From Methanoregula sp. (GTDB lineage: Archaea; Halobacteriota; Methanomicrobia; Methanomicrobiales; Methanospirillaceae): a DNA stretch of 64,000 bases. Below are positions 19,332 to 28,904 of the stretch, piece after piece (within the stretch, counting starts at the first letter, position 1; each line of letters opens with the position of its first letter). Location of the stretch: contig JBDKTL010000021.1 of assembly GCA_039698055.1 (NCBI GenBank), positions 32,001-96,000 of the forward strand, in the 5' to 3' direction. The position numbers and the translations under genes are program-made. The notes below the pieces were generated by a model that was not told the origin of the DNA, searched no databases, and saw only the letters and a program-made list of their open reading frames with translations.

Positions 19332-20579
19332 TTAAAAGAAGAAAACCCGCTGGTAATCCCCGCGAATTCCCTGTACAGGATCAAAAAGGATTTTCCCCAG
19401 TTCCTGGCTTCCGATATCCATGACTGCATTGAGTTTTTTATTTTTCATAATCCCCCGTTCATAGAGCGATGGCAAAAAGGCACAGAACTGGAGTTTCTCA
19501 CTCCATGCAGAGGAATCGATAACCTCCTGGATATTGAAGAACTGGTCAAGGGGGTTGACTTTATGATCGCCCGAGAGTGCATAGACCCCGTCTTCAATAA
19601 AGATCACCCGGGTCCCGATTCCATGATGGGCGCAGGCAAGGGCAAAAAAGAGCGCGCCGAGCGCCAGTTCAGTACCGTAGGGACTTTTTGTGATAAATAT
19701 TATCACCGGTAGCGGATGGGGATGAGAATGATCGGTAAGATCGCGGGCAATATCCGGTTCGCAATGAGGAGTACATAGAGAGAAATATGTTTCCGCAAGA
19801 ATCGCATGACCGCGGCCGAACCGCTCGATAATCTCCTGCAGGGTCCGTATCTTTAAGTTTTTTATCGTGCAGGATGATATGACCGTTCCCTGGCCGTCAT
19901 CCCAGGTTCCATACCCCCGGGCAATGGCCGAACGCGAGGACGCATAGAGCGAACAGTTTAATCCCTGCCGGGTGGCCTGGTTGCAGAGCCCGACAAAGCC
20001 TTCCCCAAGGTTCCTGAAATCTGCCGGCCGCTGGTTGGAATGGCCGATATGCACCCCGTCAAGAAATGCGTATAACTCCGGCGAACATTTCCGGTCGAGT
20101 GCTGCTTTGAGGCACCGGAGTGAATTTCCTGAAGCCTGGTACATATAGGGAGAGCGGATCTGAAGATATCCCACGGTATCGGGAATCGCAGCCCGGGTAA
20201 CGGCCATCTCTAAAATTTCCCCCCAGAATGAATTTCCCGTACTGTCAGGACTGCTGACCCTGCTGCTGACATGATCCGGGTGTTTCATTTTCAGGGGTTC
20301 AAGGGAGATCCCCCTCAGGTCAAGTTCATCCTGGTCACAGATGATTTGGACAGATGGGAGGGAGATGATGATTTCCCAGACCGGAAGTGTCTCTTTGCTG
20401 ACGAGGCTGTAAAGTGCATCGCCCGTAATAAAGAAGACCACTACCGGGTTTTCCTGCTGGATGGGGTGCCGGAGCGTCTCCGGTGAGTACATAATAAAAA
20501 AATATTTGAGCACTTCTTCCAGCCAGGATATGCGTTCCCGGGTCATTGCTTCTCCGAGCAGGAAAAAATGTGATGACAT
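19332..20579 (-). CDS. DsrE-superfamily multidomain protein (DsrH/TusB-DsrE/TusD-DsrF/TusC-like fusion)
   Basis: Three repeats of the DsrE fold signature: GDALYSL..CD..ELDLRGI; SPY..FLDGVH..ARG; KSPYGTE..FIEDGVY..SLYERGI. Confidence 0.75.
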   Translation of the reverse strand: MSSHFFLLGEAMTRERISWLEEVLKYFFIMYSPETLRHPIQQENPVVVFFITGDALYSLVSKETLPVWEIIISLPSVQIICDQDELDLRGISLEPLKMKHPDHVSSRVSSPDSTGNSFWGEILEMAVTRAAIPDTVGYLQIRSPYMYQASGNSLRCLKAALDRKCSPELYAFLDGVHIGHSNQRPADFRNLGEGFVGLCNQATRQGLNCSLYASSRSAIARGYGTWDDGQGTVISSCTIKNLKIRTLQEIIERFGRGHAILAETYFSLCTPHCEPDIARDLTDHSHPHPLPVIIFITKSPYGTELALGALFFALACAHHGIGTRVIFIEDGVYALSGDHKVNPLDQFFNIQEVIDSSAWSEKLQFCAFLPSLYERGIMKNKKLNAVMDIGSQELGKILFDPVQGIRGDYQRVFFF

Positions 20580-21087
20580 GAACTGACCTTCTTGTATGAA
20601 TATTGGTAATGGATATTATCAATGTAAGTTTTTATTTTTTTTTTTAAGCACCGGTCCGGCTTTTACCGGGGTGCACTTTTAACTGGTGGAATCTGACAAT
20701 CGCAAGGGAAATACAGGATGCGCAGGTACGACGGTTTCGTCATCACCCGGTAAAGGTGCAGGCTTACATTATTGAAGCGATTCGTCCAGCTCCAAAGGGG
20801 TCGCTTTGAAAAAATCCTGGTAACCACTCGACGGATAACGCGGTTTTATTCTCCCGGATAAAACAGATAATTTTCATCCGGGATGAGGGAATTTCATGCG
20901 AACCCGGCGCACAGGAAGCCGCGTCGGGGCGGCGGAGTCGGTCATGATTGAGGGTATGGACGCATCAACCCTCATCAATGAAATTAAAATTGCAGAGAAT
21001 AATGAGTTACATAAAAGGGTCGATATATGAAAAAATGTTTTGTGCGAGGGGAAAAATCCCGTTGGCCGCACAGAGGTTTTTTTACAA

Positions 21088-21351
21088 TCAGAGATTTGCA
21101 AGAGCCGCAAATTCTCCTTTCCCGGACAGGGTGATGACCTGGTACGGGCAGGCACCGACACAAACACCACAGCCGGCACAAAGTTCCGATTTGACATCGA
21201 GGCTGATCGATCGCCCTTCGACAACGCTGTAGATTTTTTCTTTCGTTACCGGGTTGACCGTATAGAGTTCGAGCGCATTGACCGGGCATGCAGCAACGCA
21301 GTTGCCGCAGCCGGTGCACCGGTTTATATTAACATGTACTGCAAATGCCAT
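21088..21351 (-). CDS. fwdG: 2[4Fe-4S] ferredoxin, FwdG-like
   Basis: CTGCGNCVAACP and CAGCGVCVGACP motifs. Upstream of the fwd operon. Confidence 0.8.
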   Translation of the reverse strand: MAFAVHVNINRCTGCGNCVAACPVNALELYTVNPVTKEKIYSVVEGRSISLDVKSELCAGCGVCVGACPYQVITLSGKGEFAALANL

Positions 21352-21633
21352 GATTTCTCCTCAATGAAAGATATACAGTTAGTTGCAGTGTGCTTGTAAT
21401 TAAATTTTATGAACTTTTGTACAGGTTAATGAAAATTGATACCAGATGATCTCACATTCCATAAGACTCCTGAAAAAGATATTTCCCGTGAACCCTCCGC
21501 AGTACGCAGGTACTAGTATGATATATTATTCAGTATCTACCGGATTCCACGATATCATTCTAAGAGGGACGATATCTTTTCATTTTTTTAGCAGTACCAA
21601 GAACTTATTTTTGCCGGCGTCATCACCGGCATT

Positions 21634-22356
21634 TCAGGCCACAGGTTCATGCACGTCCGACGGCCCATCGATAGCAACATCAGAGAACCAGATCATCAGC
21701 GCCATACAGACACCCAGTGCGGCAACCCCCGCGGTCCATTTCAGTGATGGGGGGAACATGCTCCCGCTGTTGATCAGGATAACCACTGCGGCTCCCGTGC
21801 AGAGCAGCATGTGGAACCTGCGGATACGGCAGTCTTCCTTGTTACAGGGCCGGATGCTCCCGGATATCCGGTATCTTTCATCAAACGGGTACAGGAAACA
21901 CAATCCTTTTTTTGTGCAGATGTCTTCGGTGAAATGAAACAGGACACCAAGGATGATGCCGGCGAGGAATACTTTCACATAATATATCCCGGCAACCTGC
22001 GGGAAGAGGAGCGTGAGCAGGATAATAATAAAACCAAAAATTCCCGAGAGCAGGCATAATCCTGGCAGCGAATGGGTCAGCCGCTTGTCTTCAGACCGGG
22101 GGGTAAACCCGGGGATACGCCGGTACAGGAACAGGTAGACCTTGAGAACGGTCATTTTGAATACGCAGGTAACCATCCATGCAAGAGACAATGCCCGGAA
22201 GGTTTTTGGTTTTTTCATCTGGATGTCCGGGAGTACCGCACCCGTACAGACTCCAAGAGCTATCGCAGGGAGCGCCCACACGTTTGTGGAGACGAGCGGG
22301 AAATAAAGGATGAGCATACTTCCCAGCGCAAGAGCAATATGGTGCCGTGTGATCAT
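21634..22356 (-). CDS. Membrane-bound metal-dependent hydrolase (YdjM-like)
   Basis: HH near the N-terminus, GAVLPDI, RLTHSL, FHFTEDICT..G...LYP. Multiple TM helices. Confidence 0.75.
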   Translation of the reverse strand: MITRHHIALALGSMLILYFPLVSTNVWALPAIALGVCTGAVLPDIQMKKPKTFRALSLAWMVTCVFKMTVLKVYLFLYRRIPGFTPRSEDKRLTHSLPGLCLLSGIFGFIIILLTLLFPQVAGIYYVKVFLAGIILGVLFHFTEDICTKKGLCFLYPFDERYRISGSIRPCNKEDCRIRRFHMLLCTGAAVVILINSGSMFPPSLKWTAGVAALGVCMALMIWFSDVAIDGPSDVHEPVA

Positions 22357-22523
22357 GATTTTGCCTGCCAAATGAGTGCCAGCGGGAGCGCCAGGATCGC
22401 AATTTCAGGTAATAATAGTGAGACTTGCAAAGAGTCCCAGTACAAACAGGCAGATACCAAAGGAAAGGCCAAGGAGGGATTTTTTCCAGTGTGCTGCCAT
22501 TTTCACTCCCATTACTCCTTTCA

Positions 22524-22937
22524 TCATGCAGATGACGGCATGCACTCCGGGTAATGGACTGCATTTTTCTTTTTTGTGAGCCAGACAAGCCTGCCGTCAC
22601 AATACCCGAATGCATGCATGGAGATGATCGAGATCGCAGATGGCACAGCAGATACATCAGTGTCCTTTGGGACGAGCAGGTATTTTCTGGTGTTTTCGCG
22701 ATTTTCGCTTTTAATGCCGCTGAGCTGACGGACACTCTCATCGATCATGGCGGCATCAAACACTACCATCAAAGCCGCAGATTCCTTATTCCCGCGTATA
22801 TGCCGCGAGATCCGGTAAAGAGTGCCACAATGATCCTGGCCGGTAACCGGCATGCACTTCCACCCGTCGAATTCTGAAAAGACCGCCCTGATATCCATAC
22901 TGGCAAAGGTCTGCATAATGTCCTGTGCTGATCCCAT
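22524..22937 (-). CDS. Hypothetical protein
   Basis: 137-aa ORF with ATG start, upstream TATA-like element and protein-like composition. Confidence 0.65.
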   Translation of the reverse strand: MGSAQDIMQTFASMDIRAVFSEFDGWKCMPVTGQDHCGTLYRISRHIRGNKESAALMVVFDAAMIDESVRQLSGIKSENRENTRKYLLVPKDTDVSAVPSAISIISMHAFGYCDGRLVWLTKKKNAVHYPECMPSSA

Positions 22938-23131
22938 GATATATCACGAGATCCATGGGTGGGGAGACTATTTTAAGTTATTGTGATTTGATTAATTTGT
23001 TTATAAAATTAATATAAATTGATTTACAACTTAATGAAATTTGCAGAAGAACTATCCGGCAACAAATCCTATCGGCAATCATTTATGCTCAAAAAATTCC
23101 AGAATAGTAAAATAAAAAATACGTGAAGATT

Positions 23132-23419
23132 ATGCCGACACTCTTTCCGGACCCGGTTCCTCCCTTCCCGGGATGGAAAAAAAGGATGTACCATCTATCC
23201 CGCCCGGTAACCATGGAGGATATCCAGGCATTTTTAGGATCAGAAGAACTCTACATCCGCGAGACATCTGCAGGCCCGGTACATATTATCCATAAATACG
23301 GCCTTCTTGAGATCCACTGCCTGCCCGGCCAGGCAGAAATTGAGGTATGGTTCAGCCCCGAGCAGCCGGCATATGCCACTGAATATCTTGACGGCCTGCT
23401 CGCGACCCGGTTTCAATAA
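23132..23419 (+). CDS. Hypothetical protein
   Basis: ORF filling the gap after an AT-rich divergent promoter region. ATG at 23132 (alternative GTG at 23123). Confidence 0.6.
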   Translation: MPTLFPDPVPPFPGWKKRMYHLSRPVTMEDIQAFLGSEELYIRETSAGPVHIIHKYGLLEIHCLPGQAEIEVWFSPEQPAYATEYLDGLLATRFQ

Positions 23420-23446
23420 CGATTCTGTAGGGTAAAAAAGAGAAGA

Positions 23447-23656
23447 TTAATCAATCCCTACCAGCACTTCGGATGCTTTTACGATCGCGTAGACTTTCGA
23501 TCCTTCCCGCAGGTTCATTTTTTCTGCAGAATGGGTCGTGATGGACGAGACTATCTCGTTACCCCCGGCAATTGTCATAACAACTTCTGTCGTAACGGGG
23601 CCTTTCTTAATCATCTTGACGGTTCCGGGGATCTGGTTTCGTGCACTGATCTTCAT
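23447..23656 (-). CDS. Molybdenum-pterin-binding Mop/TOBE protein (molbindin)
   Basis: MKISARNQ...SSIT..S...L..G..V.AIVKASEV canonical Mop signature. GGTGAG RBS. Confidence 0.9.
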   Translation of the reverse strand: MKISARNQIPGTVKMIKKGPVTTEVVMTIAGGNEIVSSITTHSAEKMNLREGSKVYAIVKASEVLVGID

Positions 23657-23980
23657 GGTTCTCACCACGCGTACTTGTTGCTGGTTGTATATCAACAATC
23701 CTGTGAGAACATGCCGGGAACTGCTGCAGAACAGGCTGACAGCGTGTGCAGCTACCGGGTTCTTCTTCACATCCCAAATAAAGAATATCCGTTCATCAGC
23801 CTGCATAAAGTCTGTTTTTTAATCCGAATGCGAAGGGATTGGCAATTTCAATCGTTTCTAAAAACCCCGGACCGGTAACCTGAACAAAATGGCAGGGTGA
23901 TACCAGTGATGAACAACCACCAGGGAAAAACGATCCGGGTGAAACGTGATTTTTGCCAAATCGCACAGATCAAAAAACGT

Positions 23981-24691
23981 TCACTGACGCGTGCACGTAC
24001 AGGTGCGCATCTTCAGATCGTCCGGCAGATTGTCCGGATTTCCTTTCCAGCAGCACTTCCCTTCCGATAACAGCATCGCATGACTGCTTATATCCCGCGC
24101 ATCCCCGGGCCGGTGCGTGACAAGAATGCAGGGAATCCGCATATCAGCAATCGTGGACCGGAGCAGTTCCTTAATCGATTCAATACTCTCGACATCAAGC
24201 GCCGTAAACGGTTCGTCCAGCATCAGCAGAGACGGCCTGATCGCAAATGCCCGGGCCAGTGCCACCCGCTGCTGCTGGCCACCTGACAGATCTCCCGCGA
24301 TTACCCGGGAAAGATCTGTAATACCGGTCCGGGAAAGCCAGTTGTCAACCCGCTCAGGAATCTCGGAGGGTTTCACGTGCAGTGCCTTGAGTCCATACGC
24401 CACATTTTCCCAAACCGTGAGGTGGGGAAAAACCGCACAGTTCTGGAAGACGTACCCGATGCCCCGGTCTTCGACCGGTATATCGATCCGGTGCCTGCTG
24501 TCGTAGAGCCCGGAACCGTTGAGCCGGATAGTGCCCTTGTCCGGGCAGATAAGGCCCGAAATAATATTCAGCGTAGTCGATTTTCCCGACCCGTTTGATC
24601 CCATCAGCACGAGCGTCGTCCCGGATTCAACCCGGACCTCGACATCAAGCGCAAAGTCCCGGAGTTTTTTTGTCACCTGCACCTCAAGCAT
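23981..24691 (-). CDS. modC: Molybdate ABC transporter ATP-binding protein
   Basis: GSNGSGKST, LSGGQQQRVALARA and LDEPF motifs. Overlaps modB. Confidence 0.88.
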   Translation of the reverse strand: MLEVQVTKKLRDFALDVEVRVESGTTLVLMGSNGSGKSTTLNIISGLICPDKGTIRLNGSGLYDSRHRIDIPVEDRGIGYVFQNCAVFPHLTVWENVAYGLKALHVKPSEIPERVDNWLSRTGITDLSRVIAGDLSGGQQQRVALARAFAIRPSLLMLDEPFTALDVESIESIKELLRSTIADMRIPCILVTHRPGDARDISSHAMLLSEGKCCWKGNPDNLPDDLKMRTCTCTRQ

Positions 24692-25505
24692 GGCGGGCCT
24701 CCTTATGTGCAAGTATCCGTACAGCAATCATGATCGCAAACGAGATGATAACCAGCAGGATCGAGATCGTCAGCCCCATGTTGAAATCCCCTTCCAGTCC
24801 CACGTACACGGCAAGCGGCATCGTCTGGGAGACTCCGGGCAGGTTGCCGGCAAACATGATCGTCGCACCAAACTCTCCCAGTGCCCGCCCAAATGTCATC
24901 ACTGCGCCCGAGACAAGGCCGCTTGCCGTCAGCGGAATCGTAATGGTGGCAAAGGTTCTCAAAGGTGTTGCCCCAAGTGTCCGGGCGGTCCGCTCATACG
25001 CCGGATCGAGCTGCTCAAATAACGATTTTGCCTGCCGCAGGTAGAAAGGGGACGCAACGAAGATCTGCGCCATGATCACCGCAAGGGTTGTAAATGCAAT
25101 CGAGATCCCCAGCATGTTGAAATACCGCCCAAGAAGCCCGGTCCGGCCGTACAGGACGAGCAGTGCCATACCGGCAACTGCCGGGGGAAGGACAAGGGGC
25201 AGGTCGATGAGGGTATCGACAATAACCTTGCCCGGGTATTCATTGCGGGCGTGGAAGTACGCAAACGGCGTACCGACTAAAAGAACAACCGTCAGTGCAA
25301 CACAGGTCGTGGAGAGCGAAAGCCAGAGTGCGCTCATGACGAGCGGGTCAGATAACGATGAGAGGAAAAGCTCCGGGGTCGTGCGGAAGAACAGGGCGAC
25401 GATTGGGAGGGCGAGATAGAGCGTGACGGCAAGGATCAGGATCCCGGCACAGACGACAGTAAGACTGTGCCTGAATTTTTTTGGGATGCGGGCCGGCAGG
25501 TTCAT
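24684..25505 (-). CDS. modB: Molybdate ABC transporter permease
   Basis: DLPLVLPPAVAG, ARTLGA, RALGEFGATIMFAGN and TMPL motifs. Confidence 0.9.
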   Translation of the reverse strand: MNLPARIPKKFRHSLTVVCAGILILAVTLYLALPIVALFFRTTPELFLSSLSDPLVMSALWLSLSTTCVALTVVLLVGTPFAYFHARNEYPGKVIVDTLIDLPLVLPPAVAGMALLVLYGRTGLLGRYFNMLGISIAFTTLAVIMAQIFVASPFYLRQAKSLFEQLDPAYERTARTLGATPLRTFATITIPLTASGLVSGAVMTFGRALGEFGATIMFAGNLPGVSQTMPLAVYVGLEGDFNMGLTISILLVIISFAIMIAVRILAHKEARHA

Positions 25506-25571
25506 GAATCAGAATTTTTTTGGCTCACAATACGAAATAACTAAGGAATACCACAAAGGTAATTAAAAAAA

Positions 25572-26525
25572 TTAGGATACCGACCTGAATCCATAGTCAT
25601 TGAGGATCTTCTGGCCGGCAGATGAGAGCATGAACTGTTCGAAATCAGCGGCAACAGCCTGGTTTTTGCTTTCCTTTAAGATCGCTATCGAATAGATCTG
25701 GAGATAGTTGTCGCTCTTTGGGATGGTTATACCGATGATTGTGCCCTTCTGCGCTGCGGTATAGGTCGATTCATAGACGAACCCGGCATCGACTTCACCA
25801 AGTGAGACCTTGGTTGCAACCGCAGGTTCGGAGGTCTCATAGGTCACGACATTTGAATAGAGTGCATCCTTCCAGTCCTGGCCGTAGGTCGAGTTCGCGA
25901 GGTTGCCGATTGCTCCGGCAGTTGCCGCACCGACTGGTACTTCCTTTGCGGCAATTGCGATCTTCATGCCGGGTTTTGCAAGGTCTGCAAGGGACTTGAT
26001 GTTACCGGGGTTTGACGCGGGGAGAATCACAATGACATAGTTAAGGGTCAGGGGGTGTACCGTCCCGTCGACAAAATATCCTTCGCTCTTGAGCGTATTT
26101 GTGTAGCTGTTACTGGCGGAGATGAAAACATCGGAATATGCACCAGCCTCGATCTGTGTCTTGAGGGTCTGGGTTCCGGCAAGGTTAAAGACAACCTTGT
26201 GGCCCGGGTATGCAGCCGTAAATGAAGGGCCGATGGTTTTTGTTGCGCCGGACAACGATGCGGCTGTGTACACAACAAGATTCCCGCTGGATTCAGTGTA
26301 AACGGGTGTAGGCACACTCGTTGTCGTCACTGCGACGGGCGACGTAGTCGCGGCAGCGGGCTGGGCAGTTGTTGCCACGGGAATGGGTATGGATGTTGTA
26401 ACAACCGGTGTTGCCGGGGCCGGTGATGGTGTTGAGGTGCATCCGGCAAACATGGCCGAAAATACCAGAAGTCCACAGACAATTCCCATAAGAATTACGT
26501 GTTGAATGTCAAGTTTGGTTTTCAT
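25572..26525 (-). CDS. modA: Molybdate ABC transporter substrate-binding lipoprotein
   Basis: FAGC lipobox, P/T linker, YTAASL, QIEAGA, VPVG and GEVDAGFVY motifs. Confidence 0.9.
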   Translation of the reverse strand: MKTKLDIQHVILMGIVCGLLVFSAMFAGCTSTPSPAPATPVVTTSIPIPVATTAQPAAATTSPVAVTTTSVPTPVYTESSGNLVVYTAASLSGATKTIGPSFTAAYPGHKVVFNLAGTQTLKTQIEAGAYSDVFISASNSYTNTLKSEGYFVDGTVHPLTLNYVIVILPASNPGNIKSLADLAKPGMKIAIAAKEVPVGAATAGAIGNLANSTYGQDWKDALYSNVVTYETSEPAVATKVSLGEVDAGFVYESTYTAAQKGTIIGITIPKSDNYLQIYSIAILKESKNQAVAADFEQFMLSSAGQKILNDYGFRSVS

Positions 26526-26588
26526 AAGGCTTCGTTTCCTTTACCGTTCATTTGAAAAAACCTGCTAAATAATTTTTGTTTATGGGTC

Positions 26589-26606
26589 TGGTGAGTATAC
26601 CATTTT
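26589..26606 (-). promoter_or_regulatory. Shared upstream motif of modA (promoter or operator)
   Basis: Minus strand AAAATGGTATACTCACCA. Near-identical copy at 27728-27746 at a similar distance from its start codon. Confidence 0.4.
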
Positions 26607-26702
26607 CAGTAAACATTTTAAAAATTTTAACGCGATTTAATGTTTGGCTAATCTCCCCGGGTTTTTGATGTTTTATTAAATGAAGTTCTGAATGCTGTTA
26701 TT

Positions 26703-27662
26703 TTACACCATGCATCCATCAGCGGGAGGGCGACCGCGATCGGCATCGGGGCGCATCACCAGGTAATGCCGCTGGGTCATTCTCACAATATCTGCCATGT
26801 CCGGATCGTACTGAACGGATTCGATAAACCGCTGGGGGTTGTCGATACGAAAAGACGTGATGAAATCAACACCCTGCATAAAGAACTCATCAGGTATGAG
26901 TGCGCCGCACATTCCATATAATCCCACAATCCGGGCATGATGCGCGTAATTCACCAGTGTGCGGAAGCTGTCGTCAACAAGAGAGGACGCCGGGATGAGA
27001 ACGACATCTGCACAACCAAGAATATCCGGCATTTCATGTGCAGAGTGCAGGGAGATACCTACCGGACCGTATGTGACGGTATGATCGATCAGGACGGTCC
27101 TTGCAGGACCGGGAGATTTTGTATCGACAATGTGGAGCTCTTTGCAATGCCCCCGCAGGTTCCGGGCGAGATTGTCGTAACCGACAAGGGCAACAACATC
27201 GTCTTCTGCAATCAGCCGTGAGATCATGGGATACTGCTGGACAATCGAATCAGCTGCCATCCAGCACTGCGCATGGTACCCGCGTTTCCTGATAGCCGAG
27301 CAGCCAAGGAATTGTTGCGAGAGCGCACTCATCGCGGCTATCGCCAGCGACCGGTCATACAGGTTACCGGAACTGATGCCTTGTTCTGCAACCTCGAACA
27401 GGGGTTTACCCACCATTCCCTGCAGCCGCAGCACTTCAGGATGGTTCCGTTGGGTAGAGAGGGCAAGATTTTCAGAAAAACATTCTGCGATACCACACTC
27501 GTTCTGCGAACCTATGATAATATTCCATAACGGTTTGATCGCAATACGCGAGACCCGGCTGGGGCGTATATGATTCTCTTTATAGAGCGTGTTGAGCATA
27601 CGGAGCGTATGATTCAGTACCTGATCCCCGCACGGTTTCCGTTGTGATATGGTCTCTTCCAT
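26703..27662 (-). CDS. DUF364 / Rossmann-like domain protein (putative metal chelation)
   Basis: RSLAIAAMSALSQ, VALVGY, ADVVLIPASSLVD and GLYG motifs typical of DUF364. Upstream of modABC. Confidence 0.7.
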   Translation of the reverse strand: MEETISQRKPCGDQVLNHTLRMLNTLYKENHIRPSRVSRIAIKPLWNIIIGSQNECGIAECFSENLALSTQRNHPEVLRLQGMVGKPLFEVAEQGISSGNLYDRSLAIAAMSALSQQFLGCSAIRKRGYHAQCWMAADSIVQQYPMISRLIAEDDVVALVGYDNLARNLRGHCKELHIVDTKSPGPARTVLIDHTVTYGPVGISLHSAHEMPDILGCADVVLIPASSLVDDSFRTLVNYAHHARIVGLYGMCGALIPDEFFMQGVDFITSFRIDNPQRFIESVQYDPDMADIVRMTQRHYLVMRPDADRGRPPADGCMV

Positions 27663-27727
27663 GGAAATGTCCCTTCAAAGCCTGAACATATGAGAATTGT
27701 GATGCGCCGGCATATTATCGTGGTTGT

Positions 27728-27746
27728 TGGTGAATATAACCATTTT
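27728..27746 (-). promoter_or_regulatory. Shared upstream motif of DUF364 gene (promoter or operator)
   Basis: Minus strand AAAATGGTTATATTCACCA. Paralogous to 26589-26606. Confidence 0.4.
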
Positions 27747-28157
27747 TAATTAATAAGATATAAAAGTTAAATATAAAAATTTAATAAGGGGCATGTCCAA
27801 TATAGGTATTGTCCCTGTGGAAACACCTGTGGGACACATGCACATACTGAAATAACCTTAGCCATCTCCCGAAAATTCCGGCGTACACTGACCATGTACA
27901 TAATAAGCCGGAAAACCGGGAGCTGCTGCCTTCATTGGAATCTTTTAAAAAAATCCCATGTCCGAAGGGCACCGGTTTTACGACATGTTTTTTGTGTGGG
28001 AGAACGTGACATCCTCTGGCACAGGAAAGGTCACCGTTCATTTTTGGTATTTTTTGCCCCGTCATTCCCGGCAACGGGCGGTTTTTTCATTCTGCGATTC
28101 CTATAATGAATAATTCCAGCCGGGAGATAATCCACTACACGTAACGGAGAGATTTTC

Positions 28158-28784
28158 ATGTCCGAATACTTTGAAAAAGCTGCAATCATCTGGGACAATG
28201 ATCCCTACCGACTGAATATGGCAAATACCATTGCCGACACGATGATCCGGGTGGCACTTCCCAAAAGTACCGATACAATCCTCGATTACGGGACCGGTAC
28301 CGGTAATATTGCGCTCAGGCTGTACCCGCATGTCAAAAAGATTATTGCGGTGGATTTAGCAAGGAACATGCTCGCGGTGCTCGGACAGAAACTGGAAAAA
28401 GAAGGCATTACGTCCATTGAACCCCGTGAATGGAGCATTGGCCATGATACAACCAACCTGCCCCGGTTTGATCTCATCGTGAGTTCCATGACCCTGCACC
28501 ATGTCGGGGATACTTCGGAAGCGGCAAGGACATTTCACGAGATTCTTGTACCGGGAGGAAAAATTGCCCTTGCCGATCTTGACTGCGAGAACGGGGAATT
28601 TCACGAGAAGCCCGGCATTGCGGATCATAACGGGTTTGACCGGAATAAACTCATGCAGGTATTTTCCGGTGCAGGATTCCAAAATATCCGGTTTGATGAG
28701 GCGGCAACCGTGTCAAAAAAATCTTCACTGACCGGGAATACCCGGGATTTCACCATTTTTCTTATGACTGCTGACCGGCTGTAA
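28158..28784 (+). CDS. Class I SAM-dependent methyltransferase
   Basis: ILDYGTGTG, AVD, FDLIVSSMTLHH, LVPGG and DLDCENGEFH motifs. Confidence 0.88.
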   Translation: MSEYFEKAAIIWDNDPYRLNMANTIADTMIRVALPKSTDTILDYGTGTGNIALRLYPHVKKIIAVDLARNMLAVLGQKLEKEGITSIEPREWSIGHDTTNLPRFDLIVSSMTLHHVGDTSEAARTFHEILVPGGKIALADLDCENGEFHEKPGIADHNGFDRNKLMQVFSGAGFQNIRFDEAATVSKKSSLTGNTRDFTIFLMTADRL

Positions 28785-28904
28785 TTTTTTTGTGCACACC
28801 GCTTCATGCCGGTGGAGCCGGCCACTGCCCGGCCCCCCGGTTTTTTCCGCCGCAAACCTGCATCATTTATCTCGTTTTCCATCCATCGGTACCATGAATT
28901 GTCC

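Noticed and set aside
20640-21000. Gene or ncRNA between fwdG and the DsrE-like gene
   Set aside because: Only short ORFs without motifs and one imperfect hairpin; nothing supportable.
27800-28090. Moco riboswitch-like RNA (TGTCCC...GAAA...GGGACA hairpin and other stems)
   Set aside because: Hairpins exist, but the conserved Moco-RNA sequence blocks are not evident and the orientation is away from the mod genes.
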